A DNA stretch of 32,729 nt from positions 6,204 to 38,932 of the forward strand of contig DIUB01000012.1 in assembly GCA_002422265.1 (NCBI GenBank). Reading direction: 5' to 3'. Positions 9,368-17,172 of the stretch are shown here, one piece after another; positions within the stretch are counted from its first letter, which is position 1; the number at the start of each line of letters is the position of its first letter. This stretch comes from Geobacter sp. UBA6169 (lineage in GTDB: Bacteria; Desulfobacterota; Desulfuromonadia; Geobacterales; Pseudopelobacteraceae). A model generated the notes under the pieces. It searched no databases. It was not told where the DNA came from and saw only the letters and a program-made list of their open reading frames with translations. The translations under genes and the position numbers were made by a program.

Positions 9368-9955
9368 ATGTCAACCTATCATCCTATTTTCAATCCTCCC
9401 AATATCCTGACCATGTTCCGGGTGGCCTGTATTCCGCTGATGGTGGTGCTGTTACTGTCACCTGATCGTGAATCCTGCTTCTGGGCTGCCTGGGTCTTTG
9501 CGTTGGCATCGGCTACTGACTGGTTTGACGGCCATCTGGCCCGCAGGATGGGCATAGAGACCGTGTTTGGCAAGTTTCTTGATCCGATTGCCGACAAGCT
9601 GATTGTTACCGCCGCTTTGATCATGATTCTGCCTTATGATCGGGTGCCGGCCTGGATGGTGTTTGTGGTACTGGCCCGGGAGATCGTTATCACCGGCCTG
9701 CGTAGCATCGCCTCATCAGAAGGGATTGTGATTCAGGCTTCTGATCTGGGTAAATACAAGACCATCTTTCAGTTGACGGCCGTCATCGGTCTGCTGCTGC
9801 ACTATGATTATCAATGGTTTTTCGGTGTTGACCACCCACTGGTGACCGTTAACATGCATAACGCGGGTATGTTCTTTTTCTGGATCGCCTTTGTACTGAC
9901 GGTTTGGTCAGGGGTTGATTACCTGGCTAAATTCATTAAGGTGATTGCCCGTTAA
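9368..9955 (+). CDS. pgsA: CDP-diacylglycerol--glycerol-3-phosphate 3-phosphatidyltransferase
   Basis: PNILTMFR; CDP-alcohol phosphotransferase motif TDWFDGHLAR...FGKFLDPIADK; REIVITGLR; GKYKT. Confidence 0.95.
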   Translation: MSTYHPIFNPPNILTMFRVACIPLMVVLLLSPDRESCFWAAWVFALASATDWFDGHLARRMGIETVFGKFLDPIADKLIVTAALIMILPYDRVPAWMVFVVLAREIVITGLRSIASSEGIVIQASDLGKYKTIFQLTAVIGLLLHYDYQWFFGVDHPLVTVNMHNAGMFFFWIAFVLTVWSGVDYLAKFIKVIAR

Positions 9956-10974
9956 TGCAGCTGTTTCCCACGATCTCCCTTGCGGAGCTCGCCGCACACT
10001 TCCAGCTTGATCCCCGACCGTTCCAACAGGTTGCCTCCCGTTATCCCTGCCGTATCACCCGTTATTACGCCGGGCTGATCACCGCACCCGGTGATCCGAT
10101 CTGGCGTCAGTGTGTGCCTGCACCTGAGGAACTGCTGGATAATGCCCAGATGCCGGATCCGCTGGAAGAAGAACGTCTGAGCCCGGTGCCGGGGTTGATC
10201 CATCGCTATCCTGACCGGGTGGTGCTGCTGGTGTCCAATTGCTGCGCGGTCTATTGTCGTTTCTGTATGCGAAAACGTCAGGTGGGGCAGGGGGATGTTC
10301 ATTGCGACCTGCCGGCAGCCCTTGAGTATCTGTCGGCACATACGGAGGTGCGTGATCTGGTGCTGTCCGGTGGTGATCCGCTGCTGCTACAGGATGATGA
10401 ACTTGATCAGCTGTTATCGGCCCTGCGACGTATCCCCCATCTTGAGATCATCAGAATCGGCAGCCGGGTGCCGGTGACTGCCCCTGAACGGATCACTCCG
10501 CAACTCTGCGCGATCCTGGCTGCTTACCATCCACTCTACCTGAACACCCATTTCAATCATCCCTGGGAATTGACCGAGCAGGCGGCCCAGGCGTGTAACC
10601 TGCTTGCCGGAGCAGGGATCGTACTGGGCAACCAGACCGTACTGCTGAAAGGGGTTAATGATGATCTTGAGGTACTGCAGCAGCTGTTTTGCGGGTTATT
10701 GCGGATGCGGGTACGTCCCTATTACCTGCACCAGATGGATCTGGTGCAGGGAACAGGACATTTCAGGACCGATCTGGAGCGTGGCAGGCAGTTGATCGGG
10801 GCGCTGAGAGGTAAGGTTTCTGGTATGGCGATTCCCCATTTTGTTGTGGATCTGGCCGGCGGCAAAGGCAAGGTACCGCTTCTGCCGCAGTCGCTGTGTC
10901 GCAATGCACAGGGTTGGACCATTACGTCACCGACCGGTGAGCAGGTCAGGTATACCGATCCGGTTCAGCGGTAA
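9955..10974 (+). CDS. KamA-family radical SAM protein (lysine 2,3-aminomutase/EpmB-like)
   Basis: GLIHRYPDRV, CAVYCRFC, SGGDPL, THFNHP, NQTVLLKGVND, PYYLHQMD, and GGKGKVP (PLP-lysine region). Confidence 0.9.
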   Translation: MQLFPTISLAELAAHFQLDPRPFQQVASRYPCRITRYYAGLITAPGDPIWRQCVPAPEELLDNAQMPDPLEEERLSPVPGLIHRYPDRVVLLVSNCCAVYCRFCMRKRQVGQGDVHCDLPAALEYLSAHTEVRDLVLSGGDPLLLQDDELDQLLSALRRIPHLEIIRIGSRVPVTAPERITPQLCAILAAYHPLYLNTHFNHPWELTEQAAQACNLLAGAGIVLGNQTVLLKGVNDDLEVLQQLFCGLLRMRVRPYYLHQMDLVQGTGHFRTDLERGRQLIGALRGKVSGMAIPHFVVDLAGGKGKVPLLPQSLCRNAQGWTITSPTGEQVRYTDPVQR

Positions 10975-11399
10975 CGTTTGCGCATCTCCAGCACGTTACC
11001 GTCCTTTGTCGGACGGTACTCAACCGAATCCATCAGTGATTGCATGATAAAAAGCCCCCGGCCATGCTCATCAAGGGAATGCCTGTTGTCATTCGGGTTT
11101 AAGGCGGCCCGTGTCAGATTAAATCCACGGCCGTGGTCAAAGACCTGCATCAGGATCTCGTTGTCACTGATGGTGATCCTGATCTGAACCACCTCCTCGG
11201 GATTGTTTTCGTTGGCGTGTCGAATGGCATTCACCAAGGCTTCGGTCAGCACCACATTCAGATGATTGGCCAACGTTTCCCGGTCACCCACGTATCCTTC
11301 TACCTGGGCAATCAGCTCTTCACTGATCTTGCCGATCAGACTTAAGTAGCGTGTCTGGTTCGGCACCCTGATCTCTAATTCAATCTGGTTTTTTTTCAT
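10965..11399 (-). CDS. RsbW/SpoIIAB-like anti-sigma factor / Ser kinase (HATPase_c)
   Basis: N-box EALVNAIRHA, G1 DHGRGF, G2 HGRGLFIM; start set to ATG 11399 (GGAG upstream) rather than 11471. Confidence 0.9.
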   Translation of the reverse strand: MKKNQIELEIRVPNQTRYLSLIGKISEELIAQVEGYVGDRETLANHLNVVLTEALVNAIRHANENNPEEVVQIRITISDNEILMQVFDHGRGFNLTRAALNPNDNRHSLDEHGRGLFIMQSLMDSVEYRPTKDGNVLEMRKRYR

Positions 11400-11421
11400 T
11401 ACGCACTCCGGTTTTGTCCTT

Positions 11422-11757
11422 TCAGAACGCGTCAATAGCCTCGTCAACGGTCTGATAGATATCAAATACACGGTGCAGCCTGGTCAGTTCAAACATTGAT
11501 TTGACCTGACTTTGCAGACTTGAAAGCTTCAGTTCTGCCTGGCGTGATGAGGCATTTTTAAAACCGGACACCAGGGCTCCCAGACCGGAGCTGTCGATAA
11601 AACGGACCTCCTTCAGGTCAACCACTACAGAGCTCCTGCCTTCGTTAAAAAGCCGACCCAGCTCCTGTTTCAGGCTCTCTGCATTGTGGGCATCCAGACG
11701 CTCCTCCTTAACCACCACCACCATTACCTTACCGTTTTCTTCTAGTTTCATGTTCAT
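11422..11757 (-). CDS. STAS-domain anti-anti-sigma factor (RsbV/SpoIIAA-like)
   Basis: VVDLKEVRFIDSSGLGALV with phosphoacceptor Ser; AAGGAG 8 nt before ATG 11757. Confidence 0.92.
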   Translation of the reverse strand: MNMKLEENGKVMVVVVKEERLDAHNAESLKQELGRLFNEGRSSVVVDLKEVRFIDSSGLGALVSGFKNASSRQAELKLSSLQSQVKSMFELTRLHRVFDIYQTVDEAIDAF

Positions 11758-11772
11758 GGTTTTCACTCCTTT

Positions 11773-14700
11773 CTAGGCTACTATTTTCATCACAACCAGC
11801 GAGATATCATCTTGTGGTGTGGAGCTGCTGGTGTAACGGTTTACCAGGTCATGGAACGAGTCAGCCAGCGCATCAGCAGGCAATGAACTCTGATCCCCCA
11901 GATGCTGGCAGACGGCATCTATACCCAGAAAATCCCCGTGCGTAGAGGCTGCCTCCGGTATGCCGTCGGTGTAGAACAACAAGGTGTCTCCCATTTTCAG
12001 GTTGATGGCACACTCCTCAAAGACCATGGAGGGCTTGATGCCCAGGATCATTCCCTCCGCATCCAGTTCCTGGCAGCTCTGTTGGCCGAAACGGTGTAGC
12101 AGTGGTTTGTTGTGACCGGCATTGGCGTATGACAGCCGACCAGTGGCCGTGCTGTAACGAGCATAAAACATAGTAATGAACAGCTCAGCCCGGGTAAGAT
12201 CTTCGTACAGCATGCTGTTCAGTGTATTCAGAATGCCGCTGGGACTGGCAGCATTGCCGGCATGGGCACGCAGGAGTGTTCGGACCTCTGCCATGATCAG
12301 TGCGGCCCCGACGCTGTGTCCCGAGACATCGGCAATCAGCAGATCAATAGTGTGGTCATCACGCTTGAAAAAATCATAGTAATCTCCTCCCACATGGGCA
12401 GCGGGCCAGCAACGTCCTGCCAGCTCGACGCCAAACAGCTCCGGCGGTTTGTCAGGCAACAGTGAGAGCTGGATCTGTTCAGCTATTTCCATGTCCCGCT
12501 TTACCCGCGCATTGGTTAGCTGTGCCTGTTCCTTTTCTTTGCGTTCACGATCCTTGGCCTGCATCTCACTGACAATCCTGGCTGCCTGAGCCAGTTGGCC
12601 GGTCAGACTGCTGAGCAAGCCGATGAACTCTTCAGTAAACAGGCCGACAATGGTCCTGGAGTAGACTGAAAGTACTCCCAGGCTCTCTTCTCCTTCACGG
12701 AAGATCGGGATGTGCGCAAAGGAAACAAACCCTTCAGCAGCAGTCTTGGGCATGGCGATGATGTCTTCCAGATTTTTGATGTCGTTTACAAAATGGGTTT
12801 CCTGGTCGATCATTGCCATTCTGATGTACGGATCGTTTTCCTGATGCCAGTGTTCCGGTGTGATCGGTCGCCGGTCAGTTCCCTGATAGCTCTGCACGGT
12901 CAACGGTTCGTCACTGCTGGAACGGATCTGAATCAGTGCCGCATCCAGTTTGAACTCTTTCAGCAACAGCTGCAGCAGTTCATCCATGATGGTCTGCAGA
13001 TCAAGGGTACGGTTGATGATTTCAGAGGCCTTGAGGCGAACGTAGAGTGCCTCGCGACTCTGGTCCAGAGAAGCCCTGACCGTGCTGAAGATGTCGTACA
13101 CCGATTCCATCCGGCTCCCCATGTCCGACAGGTAGCTGTCCATGATGGCTCCGGCAGCAGCAGCACCGACTGAACCGGCCAGGGTTCGTTCAACGAACCG
13201 CTTCATGGCAGGCAGTTCAAATTCAGGCACCAGAGTCTGGCTTTCCAGATGACGCTCTTTCAGGTAGCCGGCCATGGCTTTTTGGGCCTCACCAGGACCG
13301 ATGAATTTACCCATAAGCGCAATGAACTGAGGGATGGTGACCGGTTTTGACAGTCGTTTTGCCTCAATTTTTTCCTTGCGCCGCTCTACCTCAAACTTGC
13401 CGATAAAGCGGCGCACCTGTTCTTTCTCCACCTCTCCCTGAGGCAGAATCAGTGAACAGACCAGATAGGCGCCGATATTGAACAGCATGCTCCAGAACAG
13501 GGCATGGCTCCACATGTCCATGCCGGTCAGACCGAACAGGGCGGTTGGTTTAAGCAGGGATTGACCGAAGAGGCCCTGCTGGATGATGGTGCTGTCAGGA
13601 TCTGCGGTAAAAAATGAGGGGAGTAGCAGGGTATAGAACCAGACCAGAAACCCCAGCAGCATACCGGTAATGGCGCCTGCCTTGTTGCCACGCTGCCAGT
13701 ACAGCCCCCCCAGCAATGCCGGCAGGAACTGTATGGCTGCCAAAAACGAGATCAGCCCCATGTTGACCAGCATGAAGGTATCGCCAACAGTCCGGTAATA
13801 GAAATAACCCAGAAACACCACCATGAAGATGGCCAGCCGTTTCAGATTGATCAGCAGTACGGGGAACCACTGTTTGGGAGTGATCCTGACAATAATCGGC
13901 ATGAACAGGTTGTTGAGCAACATGGTCGAGATGGCTACCGATTCAATCATCACCATGCCGGCAGCTGCAGAAAGACCACCCAGAAAGGCCAGTAGTGCTA
14001 TGGAGCTGTTGCCTGCCGACAGGGGCAGGCTGATCACGTAGTAATCTGCACCGGTGTTGCCGCCATAATACAGGATGCCGGCCAGTGCGATCGGCATGAT
14101 GAACAGATTAATCAGAAACAGGTAGGTTGGAAACAGCCACATTGCCTTGCCGATATGTTTCAGATCTGCGTTTTCAACCACCAGCACATGAAACTGCCGC
14201 GGCAGCAGGATGATCGCCCCCATGGAAAGCAGCAGCATGGTGGAAGAGGGGATAAAGCCGGTATCCTGTTCCTGATGCAGGGTGAACAGACGTTCAAACA
14301 GTTCGGGAAAACGAGTCTGAAACTGGTGCAGGATGTCACCGAATCCATCAAACATGAACCAGGTGACAAAAATACCAACACCAACCAGGCTGACAAGTTT
14401 GATGATCGACTCAAAAGCCACCGCTGCGATCAGTCCTTCATGGCGTTCAGCAGAGGGGAGACGGCGGGCGCCGAAGATGACGCCGAAGATGGAGAGTATC
14501 AGTGCCAGAGTCAGACCGGTCGGCACTGAAACAGCTGCATCAGCTCCGGGCAACAAAATGGTGCGATGGGTAACACCGCTGATCAGGGTGAACGAGGTAA
14601 CCACTGCCTTGATCTGCAGGGCAATGTACGGCATAACCCCCAGTACGGCAATCAGGGTGACCAGCGAGCCGAGCAGCTGGGAGTTGCCGTAGCGCAGGCT

Positions 14701-15021
14701 GATGAAGTCGGCAATGGAGGAAACGTTGTTGTCCTTACTGATTCTAATAATCCTCCGCAGGATGTAAAACCAGGAAAAAGCGGTCAGGGAGGGACCCAGA
14801 TAGATCAACAGAAAATCGATCCCTGACGTGGCAGCCTTGCCGACACTGCCGTAGAATGTCCAGGAGGTGCAGTAAACGGCTATAGAAAGACTGTAGACGT
14901 AGGGATTGCTGACAAGACTGCGCCCCTGGTTAGCCCGTTTACGCGCATACCAGGCTACCAGAAACAGAAAACCGGTGTAGCCGATACCGACGGCAGCTAC
15001 ATAAAGTATATCGAGCGTCAC
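11773..15021 (-). CDS. Sodium:solute symporter (SLC5)-STAC-GAF-PP2C/SpoIIE phosphatase fusion
   Basis: N-terminal multi-TM region with CbrA/PrlS-like YSLSIAVYCTSWTFYGSVG, PYIALQ, AFESIIKL, LPRQFH; STAC-like GKFIG..A...FVERTLAGSVGAAAA; GAF-like SFAHIPI...LGVLSV; PP2C VGGDYYD, DVSGHS, NAGH, YTDG, QDDIS. Confidence 0.88.
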   Translation of the reverse strand: MTLDILYVAAVGIGYTGFLFLVAWYARKRANQGRSLVSNPYVYSLSIAVYCTSWTFYGSVGKAATSGIDFLLIYLGPSLTAFSWFYILRRIIRISKDNNVSSIADFISLRYGNSQLLGSLVTLIAVLGVMPYIALQIKAVVTSFTLISGVTHRTILLPGADAAVSVPTGLTLALILSIFGVIFGARRLPSAERHEGLIAAVAFESIIKLVSLVGVGIFVTWFMFDGFGDILHQFQTRFPELFERLFTLHQEQDTGFIPSSTMLLLSMGAIILLPRQFHVLVVENADLKHIGKAMWLFPTYLFLINLFIMPIALAGILYYGGNTGADYYVISLPLSAGNSSIALLAFLGGLSAAAGMVMIESVAISTMLLNNLFMPIIVRITPKQWFPVLLINLKRLAIFMVVFLGYFYYRTVGDTFMLVNMGLISFLAAIQFLPALLGGLYWQRGNKAGAITGMLLGFLVWFYTLLLPSFFTADPDSTIIQQGLFGQSLLKPTALFGLTGMDMWSHALFWSMLFNIGAYLVCSLILPQGEVEKEQVRRFIGKFEVERRKEKIEAKRLSKPVTIPQFIALMGKFIGPGEAQKAMAGYLKERHLESQTLVPEFELPAMKRFVERTLAGSVGAAAAGAIMDSYLSDMGSRMESVYDIFSTVRASLDQSREALYVRLKASEIINRTLDLQTIMDELLQLLLKEFKLDAALIQIRSSSDEPLTVQSYQGTDRRPITPEHWHQENDPYIRMAMIDQETHFVNDIKNLEDIIAMPKTAAEGFVSFAHIPIFREGEESLGVLSVYSRTIVGLFTEEFIGLLSSLTGQLAQAARIVSEMQAKDRERKEKEQAQLTNARVKRDMEIAEQIQLSLLPDKPPELFGVELAGRCWPAAHVGGDYYDFFKRDDHTIDLLIADVSGHSVGAALIMAEVRTLLRAHAGNAASPSGILNTLNSMLYEDLTRAELFITMFYARYSTATGRLSYANAGHNKPLLHRFGQQSCQELDAEGMILGIKPSMVFEECAINLKMGDTLLFYTDGIPEAASTHGDFLGIDAVCQHLGDQSSLPADALADSFHDLVNRYTSSSTPQDDISLVVMKIVA

Positions 15022-15281
15022 AGCTGCTCCTGATCATCATGCTGCTGTTCAAAGGGGTCTGTTTCTCTGGAGGTAACGAACAGATAGATGACACCGATGG
15101 AGACGGCCCAGCCGATGGTGAAATAGAGATACATCAGGGGAAAACCAAAAATGGTTGTGGGCTGGTTGAAGATTTTCAGAAACGGAAAATTGAGCATCAC
15201 ATTGCCCAGAACAAAGAAAACCACCCATGATTCCTGCAGGTTGAGTCGTCTCAGTAACTGTTTGACATGGTGACGCAGCAT
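15018..15281 (-). CDS. Small two-TM membrane protein coupled to the SLC5 fusion gene
   Basis: Two hydrophobic segments joined by NFPFL...IFGFPLMYLYF..W; purine-rich SD before ATG 15281; stop overlaps the next GTG (GTGA). Confidence 0.8.
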   Translation of the reverse strand: MLRHHVKQLLRRLNLQESWVVFFVLGNVMLNFPFLKIFNQPTTIFGFPLMYLYFTIGWAVSIGVIYLFVTSRETDPFEQQHDDQEQL

Positions 15282-15333
15282 GGATTGCCTTCCCTTTTCA
15301 TGATGCCTGAATTTAACCGCGTGCAGGCAAGCA

Positions 15334-15362
15334 ATCCTACCATCTAAAACGGGCCTCTGCAA
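15334..15362 (-). promoter_or_regulatory. Putative sigma70 promoter of the SLC5-PP2C operon
   Basis: TTGCAG (15362-15357), 17 nt, TAGGAT (15339-15334) with extended TGn. Confidence 0.5.
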
Positions 15363-15397
15363 CCGGGCGGGTCAAGGAAAATATTCGGCAGAATCGT

Positions 15398-15427
15398 TTG
15401 ACGCTCTCCCGGGTTGTGTGATAGCGT
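15398..15427 (+). promoter_or_regulatory. Putative sigma70 promoter of the TPR gene
   Basis: TTGACG (15398-15403), 18 nt, TAGCGT (15422-15427) with extended TGn. Confidence 0.5.
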
Positions 15428-15474
15428 TCTAAAACTTAGCGTATCTGAAGGTTTGCTGCAGCAGGTGGTGTTTT

Positions 15475-17172
15475 ATGTTACGGATAACAATGGCTTTTTC
15501 TTGTCTGGTGCTTCTTGCTGCCTGTAGTGGTGTCAAGCCGGTTGAAGATCGCTCCGACCTGACGCACCAGCACGGGTACAGCGGTCTGGGGTACTATGCC
15601 CAGGCCCGCCTTGCCTGGAACGAGGGAGATAGCGAACGGGCTCTGTACCTGACCCGTCAGTCTCAGCAGGCAGACCCTGCATCGCCCCAACCACTGATGC
15701 TTGAGGCTGAAATACTGTTGAAGGCAGGACAGGTACAGGAAGCTCTGACCGTGCTGGATCGTGCCATTGCAGTGGCGCCTGATTTTCGTCCACCGTATCT
15801 GCTGGGCGGCACCATTCTTTCTTCGCTCGGCAAAACCCGGGAGGCTGCAGATTATCTACGCCAGGCGGTACGCCTGGAACCGGGTAAAGAAGATGCGGTC
15901 TTGCATCTGGTGACCTTACTGATGCAGATGTTTGAGTATGAAGAGTCAGTCAAGGTGCTAAAGGGTCTGGTCAAAGAAAAACCCGAATCGGCAGTGGGCA
16001 ACTACTACCTGGGTAAGGTCTACAGTCAGATGAAGTTGTATCGTGAGGCGATCGGATACTATCAACGGGCCCTGGTGATCCGTCCTGATTTTACCCAGGC
16101 TGCCATTGATATGGCCATCTCTCACGAGGCCCTTGGTGAAGTTGATACAGCCATTGCCACCTACACCAGGGTGCTGGATGAGGCTGATAACCGTGCACCG
16201 TTGATCCAGCACCTGATCCAGTTGTTTATACAGAGACAGCGTTATGATGATGCCCTGGTTTATTTGGAACGACTGCAGGACATGGGGCTGGCAACTACTG
16301 AAAGCAGGCGCAAGACCGGTATCATCTATCTGGAGCTGGAACGATTCGACGATGCCATCAAGCTGTTTAGCGAGATGTTGGTGGCCGATCCGGACGCCCA
16401 CCAGTTGCGTGTCTATCTGGGGGTGGCCTATGAGGAAAAAGAAGAGCTGGACCTGGCTGTCGCCGAGTTTCAGAAAGTGCCGGTCAGCTCAATGGCCTAT
16501 CCTGAAGCGGTCAGCCATATCGCCTTCATATTCAAGGAGCAGGGCAAGGCAGAGCAGGCAGTGACCATGCTGGAGCAGGCAATTGCTGCAAACCCGGACA
16601 ATCTTGATCTGCACCTGTCCCTGGCAACCCTGCTTGATTCTCTGAAGCGCACTGATGACGGTTTGCAGTTACTGCTGCAGAAACAGATACAGTTTGCCAG
16701 TGATGCGAAGTTCCAGTTCAGGCTGGGGGTGTTGTATGACAAATTGGGTAAACGGCCCCTGTCCATCGAGCGGATGAAAAAAGTGGTGGAGCTGAATCCT
16801 GATGACGCCCAGGCCCATAATTTTCTTGGCTACACCTATGCCGAAATGGGAATCAATCTGGATGAGGCGCTAATCCACATCAAACGGGCTCTTGAGCTGC
16901 GACCTGATGACGGCTTCTTTATTGACAGTCTTGGATGGGTCTACTATCAGATGAAGCGTTACGATGAAGCGGTGCGCTACCTGGCCAAGGCTGCTGAGCT
17001 GGTGCCTGATGATCCCACTATTCTTGAACATCTGGGGGATGCCTATGCAGCTCGCAAGGAAACCAGGCAGGCCTTGAAATTTTACAGAAAGGCCCGCAGC
17101 CTTGATGCAAAAAAGAAAGGGCTTGAGGAAAAGATCCGCCGCCTGATCCGGGGAGATATTGAAGAGCAATGA
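15475..17172 (+). CDS. Tetratricopeptide-repeat lipoprotein
   Basis: Lipobox LAAC(17); many TPR-like repeats; C-terminal AHNFLGYTYA...FIDSLGWVYY...ILEHLGD signature. Confidence 0.9.
   Translation: MLRITMAFSCLVLLAACSGVKPVEDRSDLTHQHGYSGLGYYAQARLAWNEGDSERALYLTRQSQQADPASPQPLMLEAEILLKAGQVQEALTVLDRAIAVAPDFRPPYLLGGTILSSLGKTREAADYLRQAVRLEPGKEDAVLHLVTLLMQMFEYEESVKVLKGLVKEKPESAVGNYYLGKVYSQMKLYREAIGYYQRALVIRPDFTQAAIDMAISHEALGEVDTAIATYTRVLDEADNRAPLIQHLIQLFIQRQRYDDALVYLERLQDMGLATTESRRKTGIIYLELERFDDAIKLFSEMLVADPDAHQLRVYLGVAYEEKEELDLAVAEFQKVPVSSMAYPEAVSHIAFIFKEQGKAEQAVTMLEQAIAANPDNLDLHLSLATLLDSLKRTDDGLQLLLQKQIQFASDAKFQFRLGVLYDKLGKRPLSIERMKKVVELNPDDAQAHNFLGYTYAEMGINLDEALIHIKRALELRPDDGFFIDSLGWVYYQMKRYDEAVRYLAKAAELVPDDPTILEHLGDAYAARKETRQALKFYRKARSLDAKKKGLEEKIRRLIRGDIEEQ

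Noticed and set aside
11400-11471. N-terminal extension of the RsbW-like ORF
   Set aside because: It overlaps the STAS gene; ATG 11399 has its own SD and gives a normal-length protein.
15282-15362. N-terminal extension of the small membrane protein ORF
   Set aside because: It runs through the predicted promoter; ATG 15281 has a purine-rich SD.
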